From Ignavibacteriota bacterium (GTDB lineage Bacteria > Bacteroidota > Ignavibacteria > UBA10030 > UBA6906), in NCBI GenBank assembly GCA_963801355.1, contig CAWDEM010000004.1, positions 32,001 to 96,000 on the forward strand: a stretch of 64,000 bases of DNA. The letters run 5' to 3'. Position numbers and translations under genes: made by a program. Under the pieces are notes generated by a model, which searched no databases, was not told the origin of the DNA, and worked only from the letters and a program-made list of their open reading frames with translations. Shown here piece after piece: positions 53,685 through 62,950 of the stretch. Position 1 is the first letter of the stretch, and each line of letters opens with the position of its first letter.

Positions 53685-54649
53685 TTAATGGACTCGATGC
53701 CCTCGTAGCGGCTGTCGATGGTCTTAAACCGATGCAGGGTAAAACGATAGAGAGATGGGGCGGTATATATGCAGAAAAGAAAGAAGATCACGCCGCCGAA
53801 CAGATCCACCACATAATGGTAGCGCTGGTACACCGTGGCAATAATGAGCAGTGAGCCGTTCACGATCATGAAATATCTGCTGTGAAGGCGGTACCGCACA
53901 CTGAGGGTCATCAGCACCAGCATCATCATGGTGTGGCCGCTGGGGAAAACATCGCGCTGGGCCGCCGCCTGGGCAATCGCGTTCGACACTCCCATGGGCA
54001 CCGATTCCCCGTAGTTGACGAACCAGCGGAGGTGAGGGGTCAACCAGAGCCCCGGAAGCTCCAGGTCGGTCATGCCGAAATCGTGCAGCGTGAAGCGGGG
54101 CCCGACGGCGGGGAGGGTGAAGTACCCGAGATACGAGAGGTAGAAACCGTAGATGCAGGTGAACATGTAGAAGTGAAACACCGCACGGTTCTTGCGGCGG
54201 TAGAGCTCATAGCCCGCCCAGAGGAAGAGCAGGTAGAAAATTGTATATGCAAATTGCAGAATCTCGGTGAACACCGGATGTGAAAACTGCATGAGCCACC
54301 GGGTCGGATCCACGCCGAACAGCCACCGGTCGGCCGCAATGAGGACGTCGTCATAATTCCGCCCCGCGTGCAGAGGCGAAATGATGAAGTAGAGTTCCTT
54401 GTACGTCAGGAACACCAGCGGGGCGGCATACCAGTCATGAATGTACTCGAGGAGTTTCAGATCGTACCGTGAACGGGCAACGGCAAGAAGGCAGATCGCG
54501 ATGCTCACCGCGATGTTGATCAGCACCAGGACCCACCAGTTTGGTATCCGCGAATAAAAGAATACGTTCAGAATACTCAGGAGAATACCGTAGGCGATGA
54601 TCAGCAGGTCCGCCGAATGGAGAGCCCGGAAGAGTGCGCGCAGATTCAT
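53681..54649 (-). CDS. PAP2-superfamily (Aur1/IPC synthase-like) membrane phosphatase/transferase
   Basis: PAVGPR, FPSGH, RYHYVVD. Confidence 0.88.
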   Translation of the reverse strand: MNLRALFRALHSADLLIIAYGILLSILNVFFYSRIPNWWVLVLINIAVSIAICLLAVARSRYDLKLLEYIHDWYAAPLVFLTYKELYFIISPLHAGRNYDDVLIAADRWLFGVDPTRWLMQFSHPVFTEILQFAYTIFYLLFLWAGYELYRRKNRAVFHFYMFTCIYGFYLSYLGYFTLPAVGPRFTLHDFGMTDLELPGLWLTPHLRWFVNYGESVPMGVSNAIAQAAAQRDVFPSGHTMMMLVLMTLSVRYRLHSRYFMIVNGSLLIIATVYQRYHYVVDLFGGVIFFLFCIYTAPSLYRFTLHRFKTIDSRYEGIESIN

Positions 54650-55461
54650 GCTGTTGGTGTTCCCGGGGATGATGCAGCAGAGAGGGCATTTGCCAGCAGC
54701 ACGAGTTCCTGGATGGAGAGGTCTTCCGGGCGTCGTTGCAGGTCCACCGGCAGGGGGACGGCGGGAAGTTCCGGAAGAAAATATCTGAGCGATGCACGGA
54801 GGGTTTTGCGGCGTTTCCCGAACACCGCACGGACCATCGAACGGAAGAACGCCGTGTCATCCACGGCGTGGCGTGGCAGAGGGAGCATTCGCAGCCGCAC
54901 GAGTGTCGATGTCACCTCGGGGCGGGGAAAGAATACGTTTGGAGAAACGTCGAAGAGCAAGGTCACATCCGCATACAGTTGACAAAATACCGAAAGAATT
55001 CCGTACTCCTTGTTGCCGTGGGGAGCCGCCAGGCGCCGTGCCACCTCGCGCTGCATCAACAGCGTTGCATCCAGCACATGTTCTTTCTGTTCCAGGATCC
55101 GGATCACGATCTGGCTGGTGATGTTGTACGGAATGTTCCCCACGATACGCAACGGACCATGCGCTTGTGCGAGCGCTGCGAGGTCCAGTTTCAGAATGTC
55201 CCCGATGATGACCTCCGCGGGGGTACCCTCAGTCAGCGCGCGGAGATGAAAGAGCACCCTCTCGTCCAGTTCCACTGCAATCAAGCGTTTCACACGCCCG
55301 GCCAGAAGAGCCGTCAGTGCGCCCTCACCCGGTCCGATCTCGAGCACAGTCTGATCCGGCGCGGGGTCAATTGCCCCGACAATCTTGCGGGCAATGTTCT
55401 CATCCCGCAGAAAATTCTGACCCAGTGCTTTTCGAGGACGAAGGGAAGGTGAGCCGGCCAC
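54646..55461 (-). CDS. rsmA: 16S rRNA m6,2A1518/1519 dimethyltransferase
   Basis: LGQNFL, EIGPGEG, GNIPYNIT, MQREVA, RPEDLS. Confidence 0.96.
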   Translation of the reverse strand: MAGSPSLRPRKALGQNFLRDENIARKIVGAIDPAPDQTVLEIGPGEGALTALLAGRVKRLIAVELDERVLFHLRALTEGTPAEVIIGDILKLDLAALAQAHGPLRIVGNIPYNITSQIVIRILEQKEHVLDATLLMQREVARRLAAPHGNKEYGILSVFCQLYADVTLLFDVSPNVFFPRPEVTSTLVRLRMLPLPRHAVDDTAFFRSMVRAVFGKRRKTLRASLRYFLPELPAVPLPVDLQRRPEDLSIQELVLLANALSAASSPGTPTA

Positions 55462-55609
55462 GGTACCTGAATGGAAATCGAACGTGAAAATATAGGGAGA
55501 ATCCGCGCAAAATTCAAATCAAACCCCCATAATTCGTTGATTTTCAAGGGGGAATTGGTTAGTATGCATTAATAATCTCATAAGTCCGAATCTCGCACAG
55601 CGAGCCCCC

Positions 55610-56671
55610 ATGATTGACACACCTGAACAACAGACGGCTCCTGCTCCTGTTCCCGTTCCCACCGGCCAGCAGCAGCAACCGCGGAACGTCCCGCAGCAGC
55701 GACAGCGTCAGAACGCTCCCCAGCGTGCCCCACAGCAGCCATGGAACGACCTGACGGTGCTCATCCCCCTCTATAATGAAGAGGAATCGCTCAAGGAGCT
55801 CCACCATCAGCTCAGGACCGTGCTCGGGCGGATGAATCTCCGCTATGAACTCCTGTTTGTCGACGATGGCAGCACAGACCGTTCATTTCAAGTGCTGCGC
55901 GATCTCAAACGGGTGGACAAGCATGTGAAGATCATCCGGTTTCGAAGGAACTACGGAAAATCCGCCGCCCTTGCCGTCGGTTTTGACAAATCGCAGGGGA
56001 ATGTTGTGATCACCATGGATGCCGACCTTCAGGACGATCCCGCAGAAATTCCGGCCCTCAAGCGCAAGCTCGAGGATGGCTACGACCTTGTGTCCGGGTG
56101 GAAGAAGGTCCGCCGCGATCCGATCACCAAGACCATCCCCTCACGGTTTTTCAACTTTGTGACCCGCCTGCTGACGGGCATCAAGATCCATGATTTCAAC
56201 TGCGGCTTGAAAGCCTATCGACGCGATGTGGTGAAAACGGTCAAGGTGTACGGCGAGCTGCATCGTTACATTCCTGTACTCGCGCACTGGGAAGGCTTTC
56301 GCATCGGCGAACTCCCCGTACAGCACCATCCACGCCGTTTTGGCAAAACCAAGTTCGGCTTCGGCCGTTTCTGGAAAGGCTTCCTGGATCTCCTGACCGC
56401 GTTGTTTACCACGCGGTATCTCCGCCGCCCGTTGCACCTGTTCGGCGTGCTGGGAATACTCGCCGTTCTTGCAGGTGTCATCATCGATCTGGTGCTTGTC
56501 ATCGAATGGTTCATGCAATTGACGTCGCTCGGCAACCGGCCCCTCTTCATTGCCGGAACCATGCTCATTGTCATTGGTATCCAGTTCATTTCCATCGGCC
56601 TGCTGGGTGAGATGATCAGCAAGACCCGGGCAACGACCGAGGAATACGCGATCCGGGAATATATCAAATAA
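55610..56671 (+). CDS. GT2 glycosyltransferase (ArnC/GtrB-like) with Q/P-rich N-terminus
   Basis: IPLYNEE, VDDGSTD, DADLQDDP, HDFNCGLKAY, GELHRYIP; two C-terminal TMs. Confidence 0.92.
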   Translation: MIDTPEQQTAPAPVPVPTGQQQQPRNVPQQRQRQNAPQRAPQQPWNDLTVLIPLYNEEESLKELHHQLRTVLGRMNLRYELLFVDDGSTDRSFQVLRDLKRVDKHVKIIRFRRNYGKSAALAVGFDKSQGNVVITMDADLQDDPAEIPALKRKLEDGYDLVSGWKKVRRDPITKTIPSRFFNFVTRLLTGIKIHDFNCGLKAYRRDVVKTVKVYGELHRYIPVLAHWEGFRIGELPVQHHPRRFGKTKFGFGRFWKGFLDLLTALFTTRYLRRPLHLFGVLGILAVLAGVIIDLVLVIEWFMQLTSLGNRPLFIAGTMLIVIGIQFISIGLLGEMISKTRATTEEYAIREYIK

Positions 56672-56683
56672 GACCGGACACCA

Positions 56684-57784
56684 ATGATCAAGCCGTGGTC
56701 TTCTCCTGATGCCCTGAAAACGGATTGCCGCTGGTTCCGCGGAGATGTCCCCTGCCGGCCGCACAAGCAGAAGGGATGCCACTGCACCGAAGCGGATGGC
56801 AGCGTGTGTGCACACTATCTGCCGCAATCGGGCAACACGCTCATCATCAAGCTCGGTGCGCTCGGTGATGTCATCCGCACGACCCCGCTCCTGCGCAAGC
56901 TTCAGGAAGTAGCACCTCAACGCCGTGTCTGGTGGCTCACCCTCAGCCCGGAAGTCGTTCCGGATGTTGTGGACGTCGTCCTTCCGTTCACTCCACAGAG
57001 TGTGGTCAGCCTGCAGGCGGTGCATTTCGATCTCGTGATCAATCTGGACAAGGACAGGGAAGCATGCGCGTTGACAGGCATCCTGCACGCCGATCAGAAG
57101 CGGGGGTTCATCCTGGTCAACGGCAAGCCCGCCCCCATCAATGCACAGGCGATGCCGAAGTACCTCACCGGAGTGTTCGATGACTTGAGCCGGGAGAATA
57201 CGAAAAGTTACATCGAAGAGATCTTTGACATTGCGGGGTTCACGTTTTCCGGGGAAGAATATCTCCTCGACAATTTTGCCCGTGACGGGTATACCTGGAA
57301 GCTCCCGTCGAAGAAACCCGTTATCGGTTTGAATACCGGATGCGGTGGCCGGTGGGTCTCCCGGCTCTGGCCGGAGCAATACTGGATAGTGCTGGCCAGG
57401 CGTCTGAAACGTGCCGGCTATGTTCCGTTGCTCCTCGGCGGCGAACAGGAACACAAGAAAAACACCCGGATCGCCAAGCGCAGCGGTGCACGGTATCCCG
57501 GCTATTTCCCTCTGCGGCAGTTCATCAACCTGGTCGACCAGTGCGATCTTGTGGTCACCGCCGTGACCATGGCCATGCACATTGCCATAGGACTCCGGAA
57601 GCAGCTGGTCCTGTTCAACAACACCTTCAACAAGCACGAGTTCGAACTCTATGGCCGGGGTGCAATTCTTGAACCCGATTTTGATTGCCCCTGCTACTAC
57701 TCGCCCGTCTGTCCGAACGATTGCATGCAGTACCTGCGGGTAGACACGGTCTTCGACCGGATCCGCGAACTCCTGCCAACGTAA
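56684..57784 (+). CDS. GT9 (heptosyltransferase-like) glycosyltransferase
   Basis: IKLGALGDVIRTT, IGLNTG, MAMHIA; Cys-rich N- and C-termini. Confidence 0.88.
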   Translation: MIKPWSSPDALKTDCRWFRGDVPCRPHKQKGCHCTEADGSVCAHYLPQSGNTLIIKLGALGDVIRTTPLLRKLQEVAPQRRVWWLTLSPEVVPDVVDVVLPFTPQSVVSLQAVHFDLVINLDKDREACALTGILHADQKRGFILVNGKPAPINAQAMPKYLTGVFDDLSRENTKSYIEEIFDIAGFTFSGEEYLLDNFARDGYTWKLPSKKPVIGLNTGCGGRWVSRLWPEQYWIVLARRLKRAGYVPLLLGGEQEHKKNTRIAKRSGARYPGYFPLRQFINLVDQCDLVVTAVTMAMHIAIGLRKQLVLFNNTFNKHEFELYGRGAILEPDFDCPCYYSPVCPNDCMQYLRVDTVFDRIRELLPT

Positions 57785-57798
57785 CCATCCGTAACGCT

Positions 57799-60108
57799 AT
57801 GGCACGCTCAGCGACCAAACCGCGGCAGACAACCCAACGGATATGGGAGCCGACGGACTGGCAAGCCATCGGTTTGCTTGGCGTCCTTGTGGGGATTTTC
57901 TTCGCTCCCTTTCTTCTGGGAAGAGCGTTCCTCTGGGAAGATTTTGTCTACCAGTGGTATCCGTTCCGGCAGTTTGCTGCGCTCGCCCTGGCCGGGGGGG
58001 AAATTCCGCTCTGGAACCCCTACACCCTGGTCGGCATGCCGTTCCTCGCCGAGATCCAGACCGAGGTCTTCTACCTCCCGATGACCGTACTGACGCTCTT
58101 CCTGCGTGACGGTCGGCTCGATGTGTTCTGGCTTCAGCTGATGAACATCCTGCACTACTGGCTGGCGGGCGCCGGGATGTACCTGCTGTCGCGATCGTAT
58201 GGACTGCGCCGCTGGCCTTCCCTCTTCTCGGGAATTGCCTATGCGTTTTCGGGATTCCTTGTGCTGCACGCGATTCACCAGGTGATTCTCGTCGTCGCCG
58301 CATGGTTTCCGTTTATTCTCTGGATGTTCCGCAAGGCCTTCGCCTCACGTTCCTGGTCATGGGTCTTCGGCACGGGACTCGTTCTGGGACACAGCTTTTT
58401 CGGCGGCTCACCCCAGATGTCGCTCTTCTTCTATCTCTTCCTTCTCTGCTTCGTGGTGTTCGAAATTCTGGCCAACCATGGACTGCGCGGAATGCTGCAA
58501 CGGCCTGCCCTCGTCGTGGCTGCAAAGTCTGCCGCTATCGTGGCCATCTCCGTCGGCTTCGCGATGGTCCAGTTCCTCCCCACGCAGGAATTGTCCGCCA
58601 TGTCAGTCAGGGCCCAGATCACATTCGCCAAGGCAACGGAGGGAAGTCTTGGCTGGATGCAATTACTGACGCTGCTGACGCCGAAGCTTTTTGGCTTTTC
58701 GAACGTCCACGGTTCGCAGTACTGGGGACCGGGACCATACTGGCATTACTGGGAGACGTGCGTGTATGCCGGTCTGCTGCCGATTCTCCTGCTGGTCGTT
58801 GCGCTCAGTGTCCTGCATGCGAACCGCACGGTTCTATTCTACGGGGCTGTTGCCATTTTTGCGCTCCTGTTTTCCCTGGGTGGAAATTTCTTCTTATACC
58901 AGGGGTTCTTTGACTTCATTCCCGGCTTTGCATCGTTCCGCAATCCTGCACGCATGGGCGTCTTCGTCGCTTTTGCTGCGTCGCTGCTCTCCGCCTTCGC
59001 GCTCCACTATCTCAGTGAAAACCATGATGCACAACAGGCTGCCACTCTCCGGCGCGTGCTGTTCGTTGTGACGGGTGCCGCCGCCGGCATACTGGTACTC
59101 ACCCTGAGTGGCACACTCGACGGCATGCTCGGCATCCCGGGCGACGCGAAGGTGCAAACCCTCGTGCAGAAGGAGCTCATGCTGAGCCTGCTGCTCCTCG
59201 GTGCAGCCTCAGTCATTCTCTGGCTCTTCATCACCCGGAAAGGGGCGCTGCACTGGCTGAGCGCAGCTGCGTGTGCTCTCCTGTTCATTGACTTCTATGT
59301 CTTCAGCGCCGACCACAACACTTCGCCGGAAAACCCCGCCGAGCATTTCCGACGGGCCGACCCCATTGTCAGATACATCAAGCAACAGTCAGGGCTTTTC
59401 CGCGTCAACACACGCAATGCGCAAGGACTCTTGATGGATCGCAATCAGGGACTGGTCGACCGGATCTTCACTACGGAAGGATATACGCCCCTCATTCTCC
59501 AGCGTGTGTATCCACCCACCGACACTCCCGGCACACTGTTGGACCTTCTCAACGTGCGGTTCGTCACCTTCACCGATTCAGTGAACCGCCGGCTGGTTCT
59601 CAGGGAACGTCCGGCGGTGCTCCCGCGTGCACACATGGTCTATCATGTGCGCACTGTCGCGCCCGAGGAAGAACTTGTTGCGGCACTTAAAGATCCGGCC
59701 TTCGATCCCCGGACCACGGCATTGGTGGAAGGCGACTTCCCGTACCGGATGGAAGCACATGACAGTGCACCTCCTGCATGGAAAGCGGACATCACGGAGT
59801 ATCGCAACAACAGCATCCGCCTCACCGTCACCACCGGACGCGAAGGGTTCCTGGTATTGAGTGAAGTATTTTATCCCGGATGGAACGCGTACATTGACGG
59901 AAAGGCGACGCCGGTGTATCGCACTGATTATAATCTCCGCGGTATCTTTGTACCTGAGGGTACCCGGACGGTGGAATTCCGTTTCGAGTCAGCCTCATTC
60001 CGAAACGGCCTCTGGATTTCCCTCGCCACACTGGTCGTGTGCATTGCCGGATGGGGTGTTTCCATGAGGCGGTCACGAACCGGCAACAGATCTGCGGCGG
60101 CACAATGA
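57799..60108 (+). CDS. YfhO-family membrane glycosyltransferase-like protein
   Basis: PLWNPY..GMP, FRNPAR, LPRA, LVLSEVFYPGWNAYIDG. Confidence 0.88.
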   Translation: MARSATKPRQTTQRIWEPTDWQAIGLLGVLVGIFFAPFLLGRAFLWEDFVYQWYPFRQFAALALAGGEIPLWNPYTLVGMPFLAEIQTEVFYLPMTVLTLFLRDGRLDVFWLQLMNILHYWLAGAGMYLLSRSYGLRRWPSLFSGIAYAFSGFLVLHAIHQVILVVAAWFPFILWMFRKAFASRSWSWVFGTGLVLGHSFFGGSPQMSLFFYLFLLCFVVFEILANHGLRGMLQRPALVVAAKSAAIVAISVGFAMVQFLPTQELSAMSVRAQITFAKATEGSLGWMQLLTLLTPKLFGFSNVHGSQYWGPGPYWHYWETCVYAGLLPILLLVVALSVLHANRTVLFYGAVAIFALLFSLGGNFFLYQGFFDFIPGFASFRNPARMGVFVAFAASLLSAFALHYLSENHDAQQAATLRRVLFVVTGAAAGILVLTLSGTLDGMLGIPGDAKVQTLVQKELMLSLLLLGAASVILWLFITRKGALHWLSAAACALLFIDFYVFSADHNTSPENPAEHFRRADPIVRYIKQQSGLFRVNTRNAQGLLMDRNQGLVDRIFTTEGYTPLILQRVYPPTDTPGTLLDLLNVRFVTFTDSVNRRLVLRERPAVLPRAHMVYHVRTVAPEEELVAALKDPAFDPRTTALVEGDFPYRMEAHDSAPPAWKADITEYRNNSIRLTVTTGREGFLVLSEVFYPGWNAYIDGKATPVYRTDYNLRGIFVPEGTRTVEFRFESASFRNGLWISLATLVVCIAGWGVSMRRSRTGNRSAAAQ

Positions 60109-61226
60109 ACATCACCATCGTCGGCACAGCATATCCGTTGCGCGGAGGGATTGCCCACTACAATGCCCTCCTGGCGGAGGCGCTCACCAAGCGTCACTCG
60201 GTGAACACCATCACGTTCAAGCGGCAGTATCCGTCGCTCCTGTTCCCGGGCAAGACACAGCAGGAAACCGGCGATATCCCTTCGACCCCCCCTGCGCCGG
60301 AGCTCGTGGATTCCGTGAACCCCTTCAACTGGATCTCCGTGGGGAAGAAGCTGAAGCATGAGCGGCCGGATCTGGTCATCTTCAAGTACTGGATGCCGTT
60401 CTTCGGCCCCTGTTTCGGCACCATTGCGCGCATCGCGCGGTCGAACGGTCACACCAGGGTGCTCTACATTTGCGACAATGTGCTGCCGCACGAACACCGT
60501 CCCGGTGACCGGGCATTCACACGGTACGCATTCCGCGCCGGGGACTACTTTATCGTGCAATCAGCCGCCGTGGAGCGCGATCTCAAGCTCCTCCATCCCG
60601 GCGCGGCATACCGGTTTGCGGCACATCCGATATACAACAACTTCGGAACCCCCATTGACAGGGGTACCGCCCGTGCCGCCCTCGGCATTTCTGAAGAACG
60701 CGTCCTGCTCTTCTTCGGCTATGTGCGGCGGTATAAAGGTCTTCATGTGCTCCTGGACGCGATCCATGCATTGCCCGCATCGCTTCCGGTCAGGCTTCTC
60801 GTTGTCGGGGAATTTTACGACGACGAAGCCTCATACCGCGCCAGGGTGGAAGCCCTTGACCTCTCGTCGCGCGTGACAATAGTCTCCGACTATATACCCA
60901 ATGCAAAGGTCCGCGACTATTTCTCTGCCGCAGATGCAGTCGTGCTGCCCTACATTTCCGCCACCCAGAGCGGCATCGCACAGATTGCCTATAATTTCGA
61001 TACACCCATCATCACCACGGATGTAGGCGGACTCGCGGAAACTGTGAAGGATGGAATGACCGGCTTTGTCGTCCCGCCGGAGAATCCCGGTGCACTTGCC
61101 GATGCAATCAGACGCTTCTATGAACCGGGAACAGCGGCGCGGCTGGTGAAGGGCGTTCAACAAGAGAAACTCAAATACTCCTGGGATACACTTGTGGACG
61201 CCATTGAACAACTTGCCGGGAAGTGA
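60105..61226 (+). CDS. GT4 glycosyltransferase
   Basis: PLRGGIAHY, FFGYVRRYKG, PYISATQSG, TDVGGL. Confidence 0.92.
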   Translation: MNITIVGTAYPLRGGIAHYNALLAEALTKRHSVNTITFKRQYPSLLFPGKTQQETGDIPSTPPAPELVDSVNPFNWISVGKKLKHERPDLVIFKYWMPFFGPCFGTIARIARSNGHTRVLYICDNVLPHEHRPGDRAFTRYAFRAGDYFIVQSAAVERDLKLLHPGAAYRFAAHPIYNNFGTPIDRGTARAALGISEERVLLFFGYVRRYKGLHVLLDAIHALPASLPVRLLVVGEFYDDEASYRARVEALDLSSRVTIVSDYIPNAKVRDYFSAADAVVLPYISATQSGIAQIAYNFDTPIITTDVGGLAETVKDGMTGFVVPPENPGALADAIRRFYEPGTAARLVKGVQQEKLKYSWDTLVDAIEQLAGK

Positions 61227-61230
61227 CGAA

Positions 61231-62124
61231 ATGGATTTTGCCAGCGTCTGCCACGTGTGCGGTTCATCCCGGCTGAAGAATCTCCCCTTCAGATACCGCT
61301 ACGAGGAGTCCTGGCTCCAGGCGCGCGCATGCAGATCCTGCGGCGTGATTTTCCTTGACCCGCAGCCGACGGATCGGCAGGTCCGGGAGATGTATTCCCG
61401 GGAATACTTTGACGGGGACTTCCGTTGCGGGCACGAGGCCGGCTACTTCGACAATGAAACACTGAAGAATCTGGCCGGTGATGCGGCCATGCGTGCCATT
61501 CAGGAGTACAAAAGAAGCGGGAGATTCCTTGAGATCGGATGTGCCGGAGGCGCATTCCTGGACACCGCCAGGAAGGCAGGATTTGAGGCACACGGAGTCG
61601 AGGTGTCACCGGTGGCGGCGGAATTTGCACGCACGCAGTTCGGACTGGATGTGTTCACCGGCGATATCCTGGATGCACGCTTTCCGGCGGATCATTTCGA
61701 TGTGATCTACATGGGCGACGTCATTGAACATCTCCCTCGACCGGTAGAAACTCTGACGGAAGTTGTACGGATCCTTGCGCATGACGGATTGCTGGTGGTG
61801 GTCTGTCCATCACAAACCAACACGCTCTTCTCGCGCCTGGGTTTCTTCGCCTATGCAATGTTGGGGAAGACGGCCACCGTGTCCATGCCCCCGTACCATC
61901 TGTTTGAATACCGTCCGGCAAGCCTCTCGTTCCTTCTGCGGCGCTGCGGGCTATCCATCGCGCGCATCGACGCCGGGATTCTGCCTCCAGGAGAAATATC
62001 TCTGCGCGGCTCAGTCCTGCAGAACGCCGGCAAGAAAGTTTTTCAGTATATCAATGCCCCGTTGACGCATCTGTGCGGAACGTGCGGAGACCGGCTCAGT
62101 GTGTATGCCCGAAAGGGCCCGTAG
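61231..62124 (+). CDS. Class I SAM methyltransferase with N-terminal CxxC..CxxC zinc ribbon
   Basis: CHVCG...CRSCG, LEIGCAGG, DVIEHL. Confidence 0.88.
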   Translation: MDFASVCHVCGSSRLKNLPFRYRYEESWLQARACRSCGVIFLDPQPTDRQVREMYSREYFDGDFRCGHEAGYFDNETLKNLAGDAAMRAIQEYKRSGRFLEIGCAGGAFLDTARKAGFEAHGVEVSPVAAEFARTQFGLDVFTGDILDARFPADHFDVIYMGDVIEHLPRPVETLTEVVRILAHDGLLVVVCPSQTNTLFSRLGFFAYAMLGKTATVSMPPYHLFEYRPASLSFLLRRCGLSIARIDAGILPPGEISLRGSVLQNAGKKVFQYINAPLTHLCGTCGDRLSVYARKGP

Positions 62125-62128
62125 CATT

Positions 62129-62950
62129 ATGGTCGCCATCATACTCGTGAACTGGAACGGCAAGGTTGTCACGCTGGATTGTCTGGCCTCACTGCAGAAG
62201 GTGGATGCGCCGGATGTCCGGATCGTGGTCGTGGACAACGCCTCGCAAGACGGTTCCGTGGATGCGATCCGCGCAGCGTATCCGGGTGTGGATCTTGTTG
62301 TGTTGCCGGAGAACCGGCGGTTCGCCGGAGGGAACAATGCCGGCATCGCGCATGCCCTGGCGCAGGGCGCGGAGTACATTCTCCTGCTCAATAACGATAC
62401 CGTCGTGGCACCCGATTTCCTCACACACATGCTTCATCGATTCACTGCAGAACAGCGGTGCGGCATGGTGACGCCCAAGATCTTCTATGCGGATTCCCCC
62501 GACCGTCTCTGGTTTGCCGGCGGGGAGATCTCCTTCTGGACGGGAACGATGCGCCACACGGGCATCCGGGAAACCGATCGCGGCCAGTACGACGTTTCCC
62601 GTGACACCGGCTACGCAACCGGATGTTGCCTTCTGACTTCCCGTGACGTGATCCGGAAGACCGGCGCACTGGACGAGTCGTTCTTTATGTACGCCGAAGA
62701 TGCCGACTGGTCGATGCGTGTCCGGAATGCGGGATACCGCATCGTATATGAACCGCGTGCCCGCGTATGGCATAAGATTTCCGTGAGCGCCGGAGGACAC
62801 CTCTCATTGTTCAAAATGCGCAACAAGGCAATCAGTAATCTGCGGTTTTTTGTACGCCATGCGCGCTGGTATCACTGGCTCACATTCCCCTGGCTGAATC
62901 TCTTCGTGAATGCCCGGGCGGCGGTGCGGTACCTGACGGATCGGCACTGA
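62129..62950 (+). CDS. GT2 glycosyltransferase (WbbL/rhamnosyltransferase-like)
   Basis: ILVNWN, VDNASQD, FAGGNN, LLNND, FFMYAEDADW. Confidence 0.9.
   Translation: MVAIILVNWNGKVVTLDCLASLQKVDAPDVRIVVVDNASQDGSVDAIRAAYPGVDLVVLPENRRFAGGNNAGIAHALAQGAEYILLLNNDTVVAPDFLTHMLHRFTAEQRCGMVTPKIFYADSPDRLWFAGGEISFWTGTMRHTGIRETDRGQYDVSRDTGYATGCCLLTSRDVIRKTGALDESFFMYAEDADWSMRVRNAGYRIVYEPRARVWHKISVSAGGHLSLFKMRNKAISNLRFFVRHARWYHWLTFPWLNLFVNARAAVRYLTDRH

Noticed and set aside
56141-57637. 498-aa minus-strand ORF, and similar long antisense ORFs at 41844-42959, 28161-29279, 24490-25566, 39482-40486 and 44462-45349
   Set aside because: They lie antisense to well-recognised genes and show no motifs; these are typical shadow ORFs in GC-rich DNA
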